Of a DNA stretch of 32,000 nucleotides, positions 24,551-32,000 are shown piece after piece; the stretch's first letter is position 1, and every line of letters begins with the position of its first letter. A program made the translations under genes and the position numbers. The notes under the pieces were generated by a model. That model saw only the letters and a program-made list of their open reading frames with translations. It ran no database searches and was not told the DNA's origin. The DNA is from Nitrosopumilus maritimus SCM1 (lineage in GTDB: Archaea > Thermoproteota > Nitrososphaeria > Nitrososphaerales > Nitrosopumilaceae), in assembly GCF_000018465.1 (NCBI RefSeq), contig NC_010085.1, forward strand, positions 780,001 to 812,000. The letters are read 5' to 3'.

Positions 24551-26068
24551 TTAAGGCAAAAGAATATTGAATTTAGCACCACCAGTGTAGTCTTTTGCAA
24601 CCCAGATTTTTCCACCATGAGATTCAACAATTCCCTTGCAAATGGCCAATCCAAGGCCAGTTCCTTGGTGAGAAATATCTTTAGGAGTATCTAATTGATG
24701 GAATTTCTCAAATACGGTTTCATGATGTTCCTCAGGAATCCCTATTCCGTTATCTTCAATGCTAATCAAAGTCTGGCCATCATCAGTGACATCAGATGAA
24801 ATGACAATTTTTCCATTTGTTGTTGGAACAAAGTCAACAGCGTTCTTGACAATGTTTGTAACAACTTGAGAGATACGAGCAGCGTCACATGAGATTGTTT
24901 TAGATTTTTTAACTTTTAATTCCAAAACAGCCCCTCGTGATTCGACCATATCTTTTAGGTTGGGAATAATTTTTTTCAATAGAATATCAACATTGACATC
25001 TTCTTTACGCAAATTCATATCATTTCTATCTAAAGTTTTGATATCAGACAAATCAGATAACAAAGCAGTAACTTGGTTAGAATTTACCAAAATTTGCTTG
25101 ATTCTATGTTTTTGTTTTTGAGTTAAAGGGCCTTCTTTTTCTGTAAGCAATAATTGGCATGCCAAAATGATTGGAGTTAAAGGATTTTTTATCTCATGAC
25201 TAACCATAGAAACAAGTTCATCTTTTTGTTTATCAATTTCTTCTAGTTCTGCAATCTTTGTCTCACCTTTTGAAACTCTACCAGCTAACATTGTCACAAT
25301 AAATCCTGCTAAGGTAGCAAGACCAATTATAGATGGGATAATATTTTCATACATAAAATAAAGAGATTTGAGATTCTTTACTTGTTTCAATAATGTTTTT
25401 TCAGAAAATTCTGTTGGTTCATCCCATGCATCTAAAACAACAATTTTTTGATCATCAACTAACGCATAATCTGTAAATTGTTCACTAAATGAAACATCCA
25501 TTCCTGTTACAGGTTCAATGTGATTTGTAGCTCTATAATGTTCCCAAATTTGTTCTGAAAAATCAGGATAAACATCAGATACATCAAAAATTTCTTCACC
25601 CTCAAATTTGTAAACAGTTACTCCATCAAGAGTAGTTTCTTCAACAAAATGATAATGCATTACAACTCCACCAATATCATAAACAAAGTAGTCTTTTTTC
25701 TCTACGTGTGGAGGGAATGCAAAGTGACCAGTTTTGTCTAAATATTCACGAGTGTTTTTATCCACAGCCTCAGTAAAATCGGTAACCCAAAAACTCTCAG
25801 CAGTTAAGATATCTTTGTAATCATATGTAGTACGTAACAATAATGCATTGCCATTTACTTCCAGAATTTCTCGATCCCAATGAAATAGCATTTTTGTAGG
25901 TTCAGAAAGTTCACATCCAACACAGTCAGCAAATTGAATCATTCCAACATTTTCAGCAGTAATTTCTAAGATGTCGTGACTAGTTAATAGTTCGGGAGTT
26001 ATTCCAAAAACCCAAATTAAAAGAAAAGAAATTCCTATTCCTAAAACAATGAAAGGTAATTTTTGCAT
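24551..26068 (-). CDS. membrane sensor histidine kinase
   Basis: 505 aa; H-box VSHEIKNPLTP, N/G boxes IVKNAVDF, EDNGIGIP, GTGLGLAICKGIVESHGG; two TM segments flanking a sensor domain. Confidence 0.93.
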   Translation of the reverse strand: MQKLPFIVLGIGISFLLIWVFGITPELLTSHDILEITAENVGMIQFADCVGCELSEPTKMLFHWDREILEVNGNALLLRTTYDYKDILTAESFWVTDFTEAVDKNTREYLDKTGHFAFPPHVEKKDYFVYDIGGVVMHYHFVEETTLDGVTVYKFEGEEIFDVSDVYPDFSEQIWEHYRATNHIEPVTGMDVSFSEQFTDYALVDDQKIVVLDAWDEPTEFSEKTLLKQVKNLKSLYFMYENIIPSIIGLATLAGFIVTMLAGRVSKGETKIAELEEIDKQKDELVSMVSHEIKNPLTPIILACQLLLTEKEGPLTQKQKHRIKQILVNSNQVTALLSDLSDIKTLDRNDMNLRKEDVNVDILLKKIIPNLKDMVESRGAVLELKVKKSKTISCDAARISQVVTNIVKNAVDFVPTTNGKIVISSDVTDDGQTLISIEDNGIGIPEEHHETVFEKFHQLDTPKDISHQGTGLGLAICKGIVESHGGKIWVAKDYTGGAKFNILLP

Positions 26069-26077
26069 AATAGTATA

Positions 26078-27076
26078 TTATTCAATTTTAGATATTTCAT
26101 AAATTTTTTGTCTAGCATCACGTATGGAAACTTTCTTTTTCACATATCCTTTCTTTAACAAATGACTTAATGCCAATCTAACAGTTCGATCTGGAAGAAG
26201 TGTTTTGTTTGCCAAATCTTTTTGCGTTAATGCACCCTCATATTCTAAAGTCTTCAAGAGTAATTTGGAGCTAGGAGGCATACTGAGTAGTTCTTCTGCT
26301 AAATGTACTTTTTTTGCAAGAGCAGAAATTGCAGTAGAGTCTTTTTTTAGACGAATTATCTTTGCAGGAGGAAAGAATTGGGTACATTCAACAGTTTTGT
26401 TTACTTTGTATCTATCAAGACCATCAAGTACTACTTCACAATGTAATCGTGCAGAAATATCATCAATCTCAATTGAGCTGTCATTGGATACAATAATTGG
26501 TCTTCTTGTTACATCAAGAGAGTTTACAGATATAATTTCAAAAACTGCAGAGTCTTGAAATAACACAGGTCCACCAGCAGACATTGAGTATGCTGAAGAG
26601 CCAATTGGTGTTGAAACAATAATTCCATCACTATTATCATGCCATACTTCCTCACCATTAACACGCAAAGTATGTTCCATCAACATTGCACTTCGAGAAG
26701 AAAAAACTGCAACATCATTTAGTACAGGATAAACATTCTTCCCATCTATTTTTACACCCAGTCTAGGTACTTCTTCAATTGTATACTTCTGTTTTTTCAA
26801 AATATCAACATATGATGCAAATTCTTTTAGATCAATTTGAGCCAAAAACCCACTTGTTTCACCTTCGCTAATTCCTAAAATTGGCAAGGTAGAATCAAAT
26901 GTTCTATGAAAATAATTGCGGACTCCTTTATCTCCACCTAAAACTATAACGCAATCAGCAGGTTTACTCTTTGATTTTGTTATTGTAAAGGATTTGATTC
27001 CAGCATCATCAAGTATTTTTTTTACAATTTTAGCTGCATTGCTAGTAGTTCCAGAACCATAGATGCCTATTTGCAT
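26078..27076 (-). CDS. NAD kinase-like protein with C-terminal winged-HTH
   Basis: 332 aa; VIVLGGDKG, VLNDVAV, DGIIVSTPIGSSAYSMSAGGPVL, then LLKTLEYEGALTQKDLANKTLLPDRTVRLALSHLLKKGYVKKK. Confidence 0.85.
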   Translation of the reverse strand: MQIGIYGSGTTSNAAKIVKKILDDAGIKSFTITKSKSKPADCVIVLGGDKGVRNYFHRTFDSTLPILGISEGETSGFLAQIDLKEFASYVDILKKQKYTIEEVPRLGVKIDGKNVYPVLNDVAVFSSRSAMLMEHTLRVNGEEVWHDNSDGIIVSTPIGSSAYSMSAGGPVLFQDSAVFEIISVNSLDVTRRPIIVSNDSSIEIDDISARLHCEVVLDGLDRYKVNKTVECTQFFPPAKIIRLKKDSTAISALAKKVHLAEELLSMPPSSKLLLKTLEYEGALTQKDLANKTLLPDRTVRLALSHLLKKGYVKKKVSIRDARQKIYEISKIE

Positions 27077-27117
27077 AGAGTAAACATTTGAAATGCTTCA
27101 ATAAAAGAATAATGCAT

Positions 27118-27987
27118 CTACAAGTCTCGAAACTTTACCAAATTGTAAAAGTATGAGGCATTGTTTTGGATTACTCCTTTACGAGGGATTTTCTGCAATC
27201 CAACGTTTTTTGAATCAAGTGCAGCCTGAGCAGCACCACCAGCAAAACAAAGAGCCCACAGGTAGTCTTTTTCTTTAAGCATCGTACAACAAAACGCAGC
27301 ACAAAAGATATCACCTATACCAGTTGTGTCATGAATTTCTTTATTTGGAAGAGTAATAGAATATACCTTATCTTTTACCAATAGAGAAACTTCAGTTTTG
27401 TTTGTTAGTAATACATGCTCAACACCTCTTTTCTGAAGTGCAACCATCATCTCATCATGAGTACCAGTAACAAGTTGTTGTGCTTCTTCAGGATTTACTT
27501 TGATTGCATTAACATTTGATAAATCCAAATCCTTTTTTTGCAAGAAAACATTGTTTTCTGAATCTTTTTCTCTAAGAAATCCCTGAGGATCAACAAACAA
27601 AAAATTTGAATCATCTTTAATTTTCTTTAGTGTTTCATTTGTAATTTCGTGAAAAATGGGACTGACAAGATGACCATCTGCTTTTGTATTAGAATATTCA
27701 ATGGGATCACATTGGTTTTCAAGTTTTAGAGTTCGGTCAGCACCAGTAATAGATATTGCAAATTTTGTGGTGTTTTTAGCAGATTCAGAATTAATTAGGT
27801 TGATTTTATTATCTGAAAGATATTGTATTGGAAAATCATTTCCACATTTCGTATACAGATCAACGTCAAATTTGAATTCTCTTGCAGTTAATCCACAATA
27901 GCATGCAGAACCTCCAATTTGCTCATAATTGTTTTCTCCAATAGTAATGGTATCAACTGCACAATGAGCAAAAACTGCTAATTTCAT
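27118..27987 (-). CDS. PfkB-family carbohydrate/nucleoside kinase
   Basis: 289 aa; IGGSACYCGLTARE, NPEEAQQL, HDTTGIGDIFCAAFCCTML, FAGGAAQAAL. Confidence 0.88.
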   Translation of the reverse strand: MKLAVFAHCAVDTITIGENNYEQIGGSACYCGLTAREFKFDVDLYTKCGNDFPIQYLSDNKINLINSESAKNTTKFAISITGADRTLKLENQCDPIEYSNTKADGHLVSPIFHEITNETLKKIKDDSNFLFVDPQGFLREKDSENNVFLQKKDLDLSNVNAIKVNPEEAQQLVTGTHDEMMVALQKRGVEHVLLTNKTEVSLLVKDKVYSITLPNKEIHDTTGIGDIFCAAFCCTMLKEKDYLWALCFAGGAAQAALDSKNVGLQKIPRKGVIQNNASYFYNLVKFRDL

Positions 27988-28013
27988 TTCTCTTGATTCA
28001 ATATAGTGTAGAT

Positions 28014-28121
28014 TTAGTTTTTTGCATTGTTTTTGTCAAAACAGGATTTGCAAAGAATTTCTCCCTTTAGCATAAAGACCTCAACTCCAGAACTATAACA
28101 ACTGTGACAAAGACCACGCAT
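28014..28121 (-). CDS. 35-aa double-CxxC zinc microprotein (not in ORF track)
   Basis: MRGLCHSCYSSGVEVFMLKGEILCKSCFDKNNAKN. Confidence 0.6.
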   Translation of the reverse strand: MRGLCHSCYSSGVEVFMLKGEILCKSCFDKNNAKN

Positions 28122-28249
28122 ATTCTCTAAATGGAATTACACGATCTAGAATTAAAACATGGAGTATTTTTGGTTCATTTTTAGGCACAAATCAAACAGA
28201 ATTTCAGAAATGGCCACAAGAATATAAGTAGGTAAATCAGTTCACAGTC

Positions 28250-28537
28250 ATGCCACTTAAGCGTGCAAGTAGAGGTCGTACAAAAGGAGGAAAAGGATCT
28301 TCAGGTGTTGTACAATGTACAAACTGCGGACAAACCGTTCCAAAAGACAAGGCAAAAAAAGTAACATCTAGACTTAACCTAGTCGAACATACACTAGCCA
28401 AAGAATTACGAGCACAAGGAGCATACATTGCATCACCTACAGTTCTAAAATGGTATTGTATTTCATGTGCAATTCACTTTAAGATTCTAAAAATTAGATC
28501 TGCAGACAATAGAAGAAAACGTGGAAAACTACGATAG
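28250..28537 (+). CDS. rps26e: 30S ribosomal protein eS26
   Basis: 95 aa; GRTKGGKGSSGVVQCTNCGQTVPKDKA...LKWYCISCAIHFKILKIRS. Confidence 0.92.
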   Translation: MPLKRASRGRTKGGKGSSGVVQCTNCGQTVPKDKAKKVTSRLNLVEHTLAKELRAQGAYIASPTVLKWYCISCAIHFKILKIRSADNRRKRGKLR

Positions 28538-28539
28538 TC

Positions 28540-29112
28540 TTATTCTTTGATGTTTTTTGCAGTAACAATCATTCTTTGAATTAATGTTATTGCCGCAATT
28601 ATTACTACAATGATAACAGCTATTTCCATAAATCCAATTATTCCAATAATTGCAATAACAAGTAACCTCTCTGCTCTTTCACCAATTCCAACACCTTGTA
28701 ATTTTACATTTATTGCATCAGATTTTGCTCTTGCATAACTTACCAATAGTGACAAAGTGATTGCAAGTAATACCAAATATGGTTCAGCATATCCACCAAC
28801 TAAAATTCCCAAAAATATTGCAGTCTCTGCAATTTTATCAAACATTGAATCTAAATACGAGCCCTTTTGAGATGTTTTGCCAGTTACACGGGCAACTTGT
28901 CCATCCACCATATCAAAGAATCCTGAAACAAGTAACAAAATACCTCCAATAATTAATCCAAATTCAATTCCAAGTCCATACACTATTGCAGAAAGAAATG
29001 CAACGCCCAAACCAACTGCAGTCCAGAAATTAGGAGACAGTCCTGTGGATGCAAATCCTTTACCAATCTTTTCAAGTGTAGGTTTGAGTGAATCTCGGAG
29101 ATTGTTTAACAC
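28540..29112 (-). CDS. CDP-alcohol phosphatidyltransferase family
   Basis: 190 aa; DMVDGQVARVTGKTSQKGSYLDSMFDKIAE gives the DG-x2-AR...G-x3-D-x3-D motif. Confidence 0.92.
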   Translation of the reverse strand: MLNNLRDSLKPTLEKIGKGFASTGLSPNFWTAVGLGVAFLSAIVYGLGIEFGLIIGGILLLVSGFFDMVDGQVARVTGKTSQKGSYLDSMFDKIAETAIFLGILVGGYAEPYLVLLAITLSLLVSYARAKSDAINVKLQGVGIGERAERLLVIAIIGIIGFMEIAVIIVVIIAAITLIQRMIVTAKNIKE

Positions 29113-29189
29113 GTGATAACCCCAACAATACTAGCTAATAAAGTGAATAGGAGTGAAAACTAGGCAAAGCATAGTCAATTTTTTGAGAT

Positions 29190-30065
29190 TTATTGATTTT
29201 GAGATAGATTAATTGCAATAAGCGTGGACATTATCTTTGCTGCAAGAGATGCAGTGGCACCATTATCATGGTAAGGGTTTAGTTCAACTATATCAGCACC
29301 AATAACTTTGGTTTCTTGAAGAGAGTAAATCATATCAAATAATTCTCTAGAAGTTATTCCTACAGCTTCAGGATTTCCAACACCAGGTGCAAATGCAGGA
29401 TCAAGAACATCAAGATCAAAACTAGAATACATTGTATCAAAAGTTGAAACATGATCTTTTAGTAACTGGGGGCCTTTTCCGTCACGAATTTCTTTGTCAG
29501 AAATGGTTTTGATTTTATGTTCAGTTAGAAATTCCAATTCTTCTTTAACAAATGCACGAGCTCCAACATGTAGAATGTTTTCTGCACCTCGTTCTTCAAC
29601 AACGCGTCTAAGATAAGATGCATGACTGAGTTTGATATCTGCAAATTCATCTCTCAAGTCATAGTGGGCGTCAAATACAACATAACCAGTATCTTTTGGA
29701 AAACTAGTGTACGTTCCATATGTGATAGAGTGTTCACCTCCCAAAATGAACAACTGTCTTTGTTTTGCAACAAGTTCAGTTGTAATTTTTTTTACCATGT
29801 CAATCATCTCAGATGCTACAACTGTGTGACGAGTATTACCCAAATCCTCAATGTGTACAGTTTCTAAATCTATAGAGAGTTCAGGATGAAATATCTCAAT
29901 ATTGTTAAAAGAATCTCTAATTGCATCAGGACCAAATCTACAACCAGGTTTGTATGAATGGGTTGCATCAAAAGGAATTCCAAAAACGGTTGCTACAGGT
30001 TCAGAATCATCGTCTGAGGCAGTAATCATGGGATTTTTGTTCATGTATAAATCAAGAAAGCTCAT
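29190..30065 (-). CDS. speB: agmatinase/arginase-family ureohydrolase
   Basis: 291 aa; GGEHSITYG, VVFDAHYDL, MYSSFDLDVLDPAFAPGVGNPEAVG. Confidence 0.88.
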   Translation of the reverse strand: MSFLDLYMNKNPMITASDDDSEPVATVFGIPFDATHSYKPGCRFGPDAIRDSFNNIEIFHPELSIDLETVHIEDLGNTRHTVVASEMIDMVKKITTELVAKQRQLFILGGEHSITYGTYTSFPKDTGYVVFDAHYDLRDEFADIKLSHASYLRRVVEERGAENILHVGARAFVKEELEFLTEHKIKTISDKEIRDGKGPQLLKDHVSTFDTMYSSFDLDVLDPAFAPGVGNPEAVGITSRELFDMIYSLQETKVIGADIVELNPYHDNGATASLAAKIMSTLIAINLSQNQ

Positions 30066-30068
30066 AAT

Positions 30069-31934
30069 CTACACCATTAATTGAGGTCTCTTTGAGAGAT
30101 GTTGTGATTGGTTTAGTCCAGTATATGGTTTACCTGAAGTTTGTTCATTAATTTCATTCATGAAATCATCAAATGAGACTTCTCGTACATTTCCAGTCTG
30201 TCTGTCACGGATACTTAGATTCTCAGAACCTGCTTCTTTCTCACCTATTACCAAAATGTATTGAATCCATTCCTTTTCAGCTTCACGTATTCTTTTACCA
30301 ATACTCTCATTTCTATCATCAACATCAACACGGACATTTTGTGCAGATATTTTATCACACAAATTATTACAAAAGTCATAAAACTCTTCTTTTAATGGAA
30401 TGATTCTAACTTGTGTTGGTGCAAGCCACAATGGAAGTTGTGGTTTCTTTCCTTTCTTTGAATCATCTGCAGCTTTTTCTAATAATGCATAGATTATTCT
30501 TTCAATTGCACCACTTGGGGAGTTGTGTAGAATAATTGGATGTTGTGCAGTGTTGTTTTCATCTACAAATTCAATTCCATATCGGTCTCCATTTTCAACA
30601 TCTATTTGATCAGTTGACAAAGCAGATGCCTTTCCTAAATTATCAATAAAATTGAATTCCCATTTTAGAACAAAGTAAAAGAATTTCTCTTTCCACATCT
30701 CAACTAATACAGGTCGACCATGTTTCTTGACTAATTCTTCAATCGCAGATTTGTTTTCATTGTAAAAATCCTCAGTAAATCTAATTGCCATGTCATAATC
30801 AGATTCATCAATTCCCAACTCTTTGAGAACACTTTGAGACAAATCAAATCTGACCTTTATCTCATCTACTGCTTGCGGAATATCTTTGCAAAATGCATGA
30901 CAATCAGGCATTGTAAATGCACGTAATCTTCTCAGACCGACTAATTCACCTGATTGTTCACGTCTAAAGCTATACCTAGTAAGCTCATAGAGTTTGTATG
31001 GTAAATTCTTGTAAGACATTTGGAATTGATTTGCCATAAGGAATTGTCCAAAACAGGCTGCAAATCTCAAAAAGAGTTTCTTTCCTTCTGAATCAATATT
31101 GTATTGTCTTGCAGGGAATCGATTAAAGTAACTAACCATACTTGGGTGTTCAGAGTCATACATGATTGGAGTTTCAACCTCATAACCACCATACTCCTTT
31201 ACTCTGTCAGTAACATATCTCTCAATAAGAGATTTCATCAAACGCCCATTTGGAAAGAATCTCATATTTCCAGAATCAGATGCAGGTTCGTAATCTGCAA
31301 TTGCAAGTTTTTTCATTAATGCAACATGTGGAGGGGGTTCATCAACTTGACGTTGTTTTGCAGATTCGTATTTGGCTAAAATCTCTAATTTTTTATGATT
31401 AGAAAAATCATAGTCTCCAATGTTAATCATTGTTCCATCAGGAGACATTATTTTCCAGTAAGAACGAATTGTAGATTCTCCTTTTAGTGCATCAGAAGTA
31501 TCTTCGTCATCATCTTTAGTAGTAGAGTCTTTAGTAACAACTTTGGAGCTTTCTGCTAATGGATGTCCTTTAACTTGAACTTTGTAAGATTTTGTCCAAC
31601 CAAAAGGAGAATGAGAAACTTCAAGATCTGATGCTTCAGATTCCATTTCTTGTAACAAAGACATAGCAGTGGAAGGTTTTGCAAGATTTGAGCTAAGATG
31701 TGCATAAGGATATAACAATAATTTTTTGCAACCAATTTTTTCCATAGAGTTTTTTATCTGAGATATTGCATTTTTTGCAACAGAAGAATCATCTCCATCT
31801 TCAATTGCGACAAAGGCCACTACAATCTCTTCTAGTCTCTGAGTTTGAGGATTTTCAATCTCTTCAGCTGATTTGATCTCTTTTTTTGTAGGAGTGTATT
31901 CTATGCTATCACAGTGTAGTTGCAGTATTCGCAT
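30069..31934 (-). CDS. thrS: threonyl-tRNA synthetase (archaeal type)
   Basis: 621 aa; archaeal N-terminal editing-type domain MRILQLHCDSIEY, class II core LYELTRYSFRREQSGELVGLRRLRAFTMPDCHAFC, C-terminal anticodon-binding domain. Confidence 0.95.
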   Translation of the reverse strand: MRILQLHCDSIEYTPTKKEIKSAEEIENPQTQRLEEIVVAFVAIEDGDDSSVAKNAISQIKNSMEKIGCKKLLLYPYAHLSSNLAKPSTAMSLLQEMESEASDLEVSHSPFGWTKSYKVQVKGHPLAESSKVVTKDSTTKDDDEDTSDALKGESTIRSYWKIMSPDGTMINIGDYDFSNHKKLEILAKYESAKQRQVDEPPPHVALMKKLAIADYEPASDSGNMRFFPNGRLMKSLIERYVTDRVKEYGGYEVETPIMYDSEHPSMVSYFNRFPARQYNIDSEGKKLFLRFAACFGQFLMANQFQMSYKNLPYKLYELTRYSFRREQSGELVGLRRLRAFTMPDCHAFCKDIPQAVDEIKVRFDLSQSVLKELGIDESDYDMAIRFTEDFYNENKSAIEELVKKHGRPVLVEMWKEKFFYFVLKWEFNFIDNLGKASALSTDQIDVENGDRYGIEFVDENNTAQHPIILHNSPSGAIERIIYALLEKAADDSKKGKKPQLPLWLAPTQVRIIPLKEEFYDFCNNLCDKISAQNVRVDVDDRNESIGKRIREAEKEWIQYILVIGEKEAGSENLSIRDRQTGNVREVSFDDFMNEINEQTSGKPYTGLNQSQHLSKRPQLMV

Positions 31935-32000
31935 AATTTCAAACAGAAATTATAATTGAAATAAGTGTTTGCTGAAATGCTGGGGTTTCTTTTAGGATGT

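Noticed and set aside
26205-26558. 117-aa ORF on the + strand
   Set aside because: Antisense to the NAD kinase-like gene, whose motifs are recognisable.

Overview
AT-rich archaeal chromosome segment, most consistent with an ammonia-oxidising Nitrososphaerota/Thaumarchaeota of Nitrosopumilus type. The basis is the PEFG-CTERM cupredoxin, eS26, the archaeal ThrRS and TATA-like boxes close to start codons. No tRNA, rRNA, CRISPR array or transposase was recognised. Positions 1-14.8 kb hold mostly short genes of unknown function on both strands, including several Cys/His-rich microproteins (29-57 aa) that are missing from the supplied ORF track. I found these by reading the gaps. The same half holds an XPD/DinG-like Fe-S helicase N-terminus, a GIY-YIG-like protein, a DUF922-like protein with an altered HEQGHFD motif, a SHOCT-like protein, a His/Cys-rich exported protein and a PD-(D/E)XK nuclease. 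Positions 14.9-20.7 kb are a compact trpEGDCBA operon with no trpF. Positions 21-32 kb carry a PEFG-CTERM cupredoxin, pyrG, an orphan histidine kinase, a divergent NAD kinase fused to a wHTH, a PfkB kinase, eS26, a CDP-alcohol phosphatidyltransferase, an agmatinase-like protein and thrS. The best leads are: (1) the cluster of Zn-type microproteins; (2) a 14-bp-phased CTAATTAG iteron array between two of them; (3) several possible structured RNAs in gaps, including one directly after trpA; (4) enzyme-family proteins with degenerate active or metal sites. I did not identify a demonstrable defence system.
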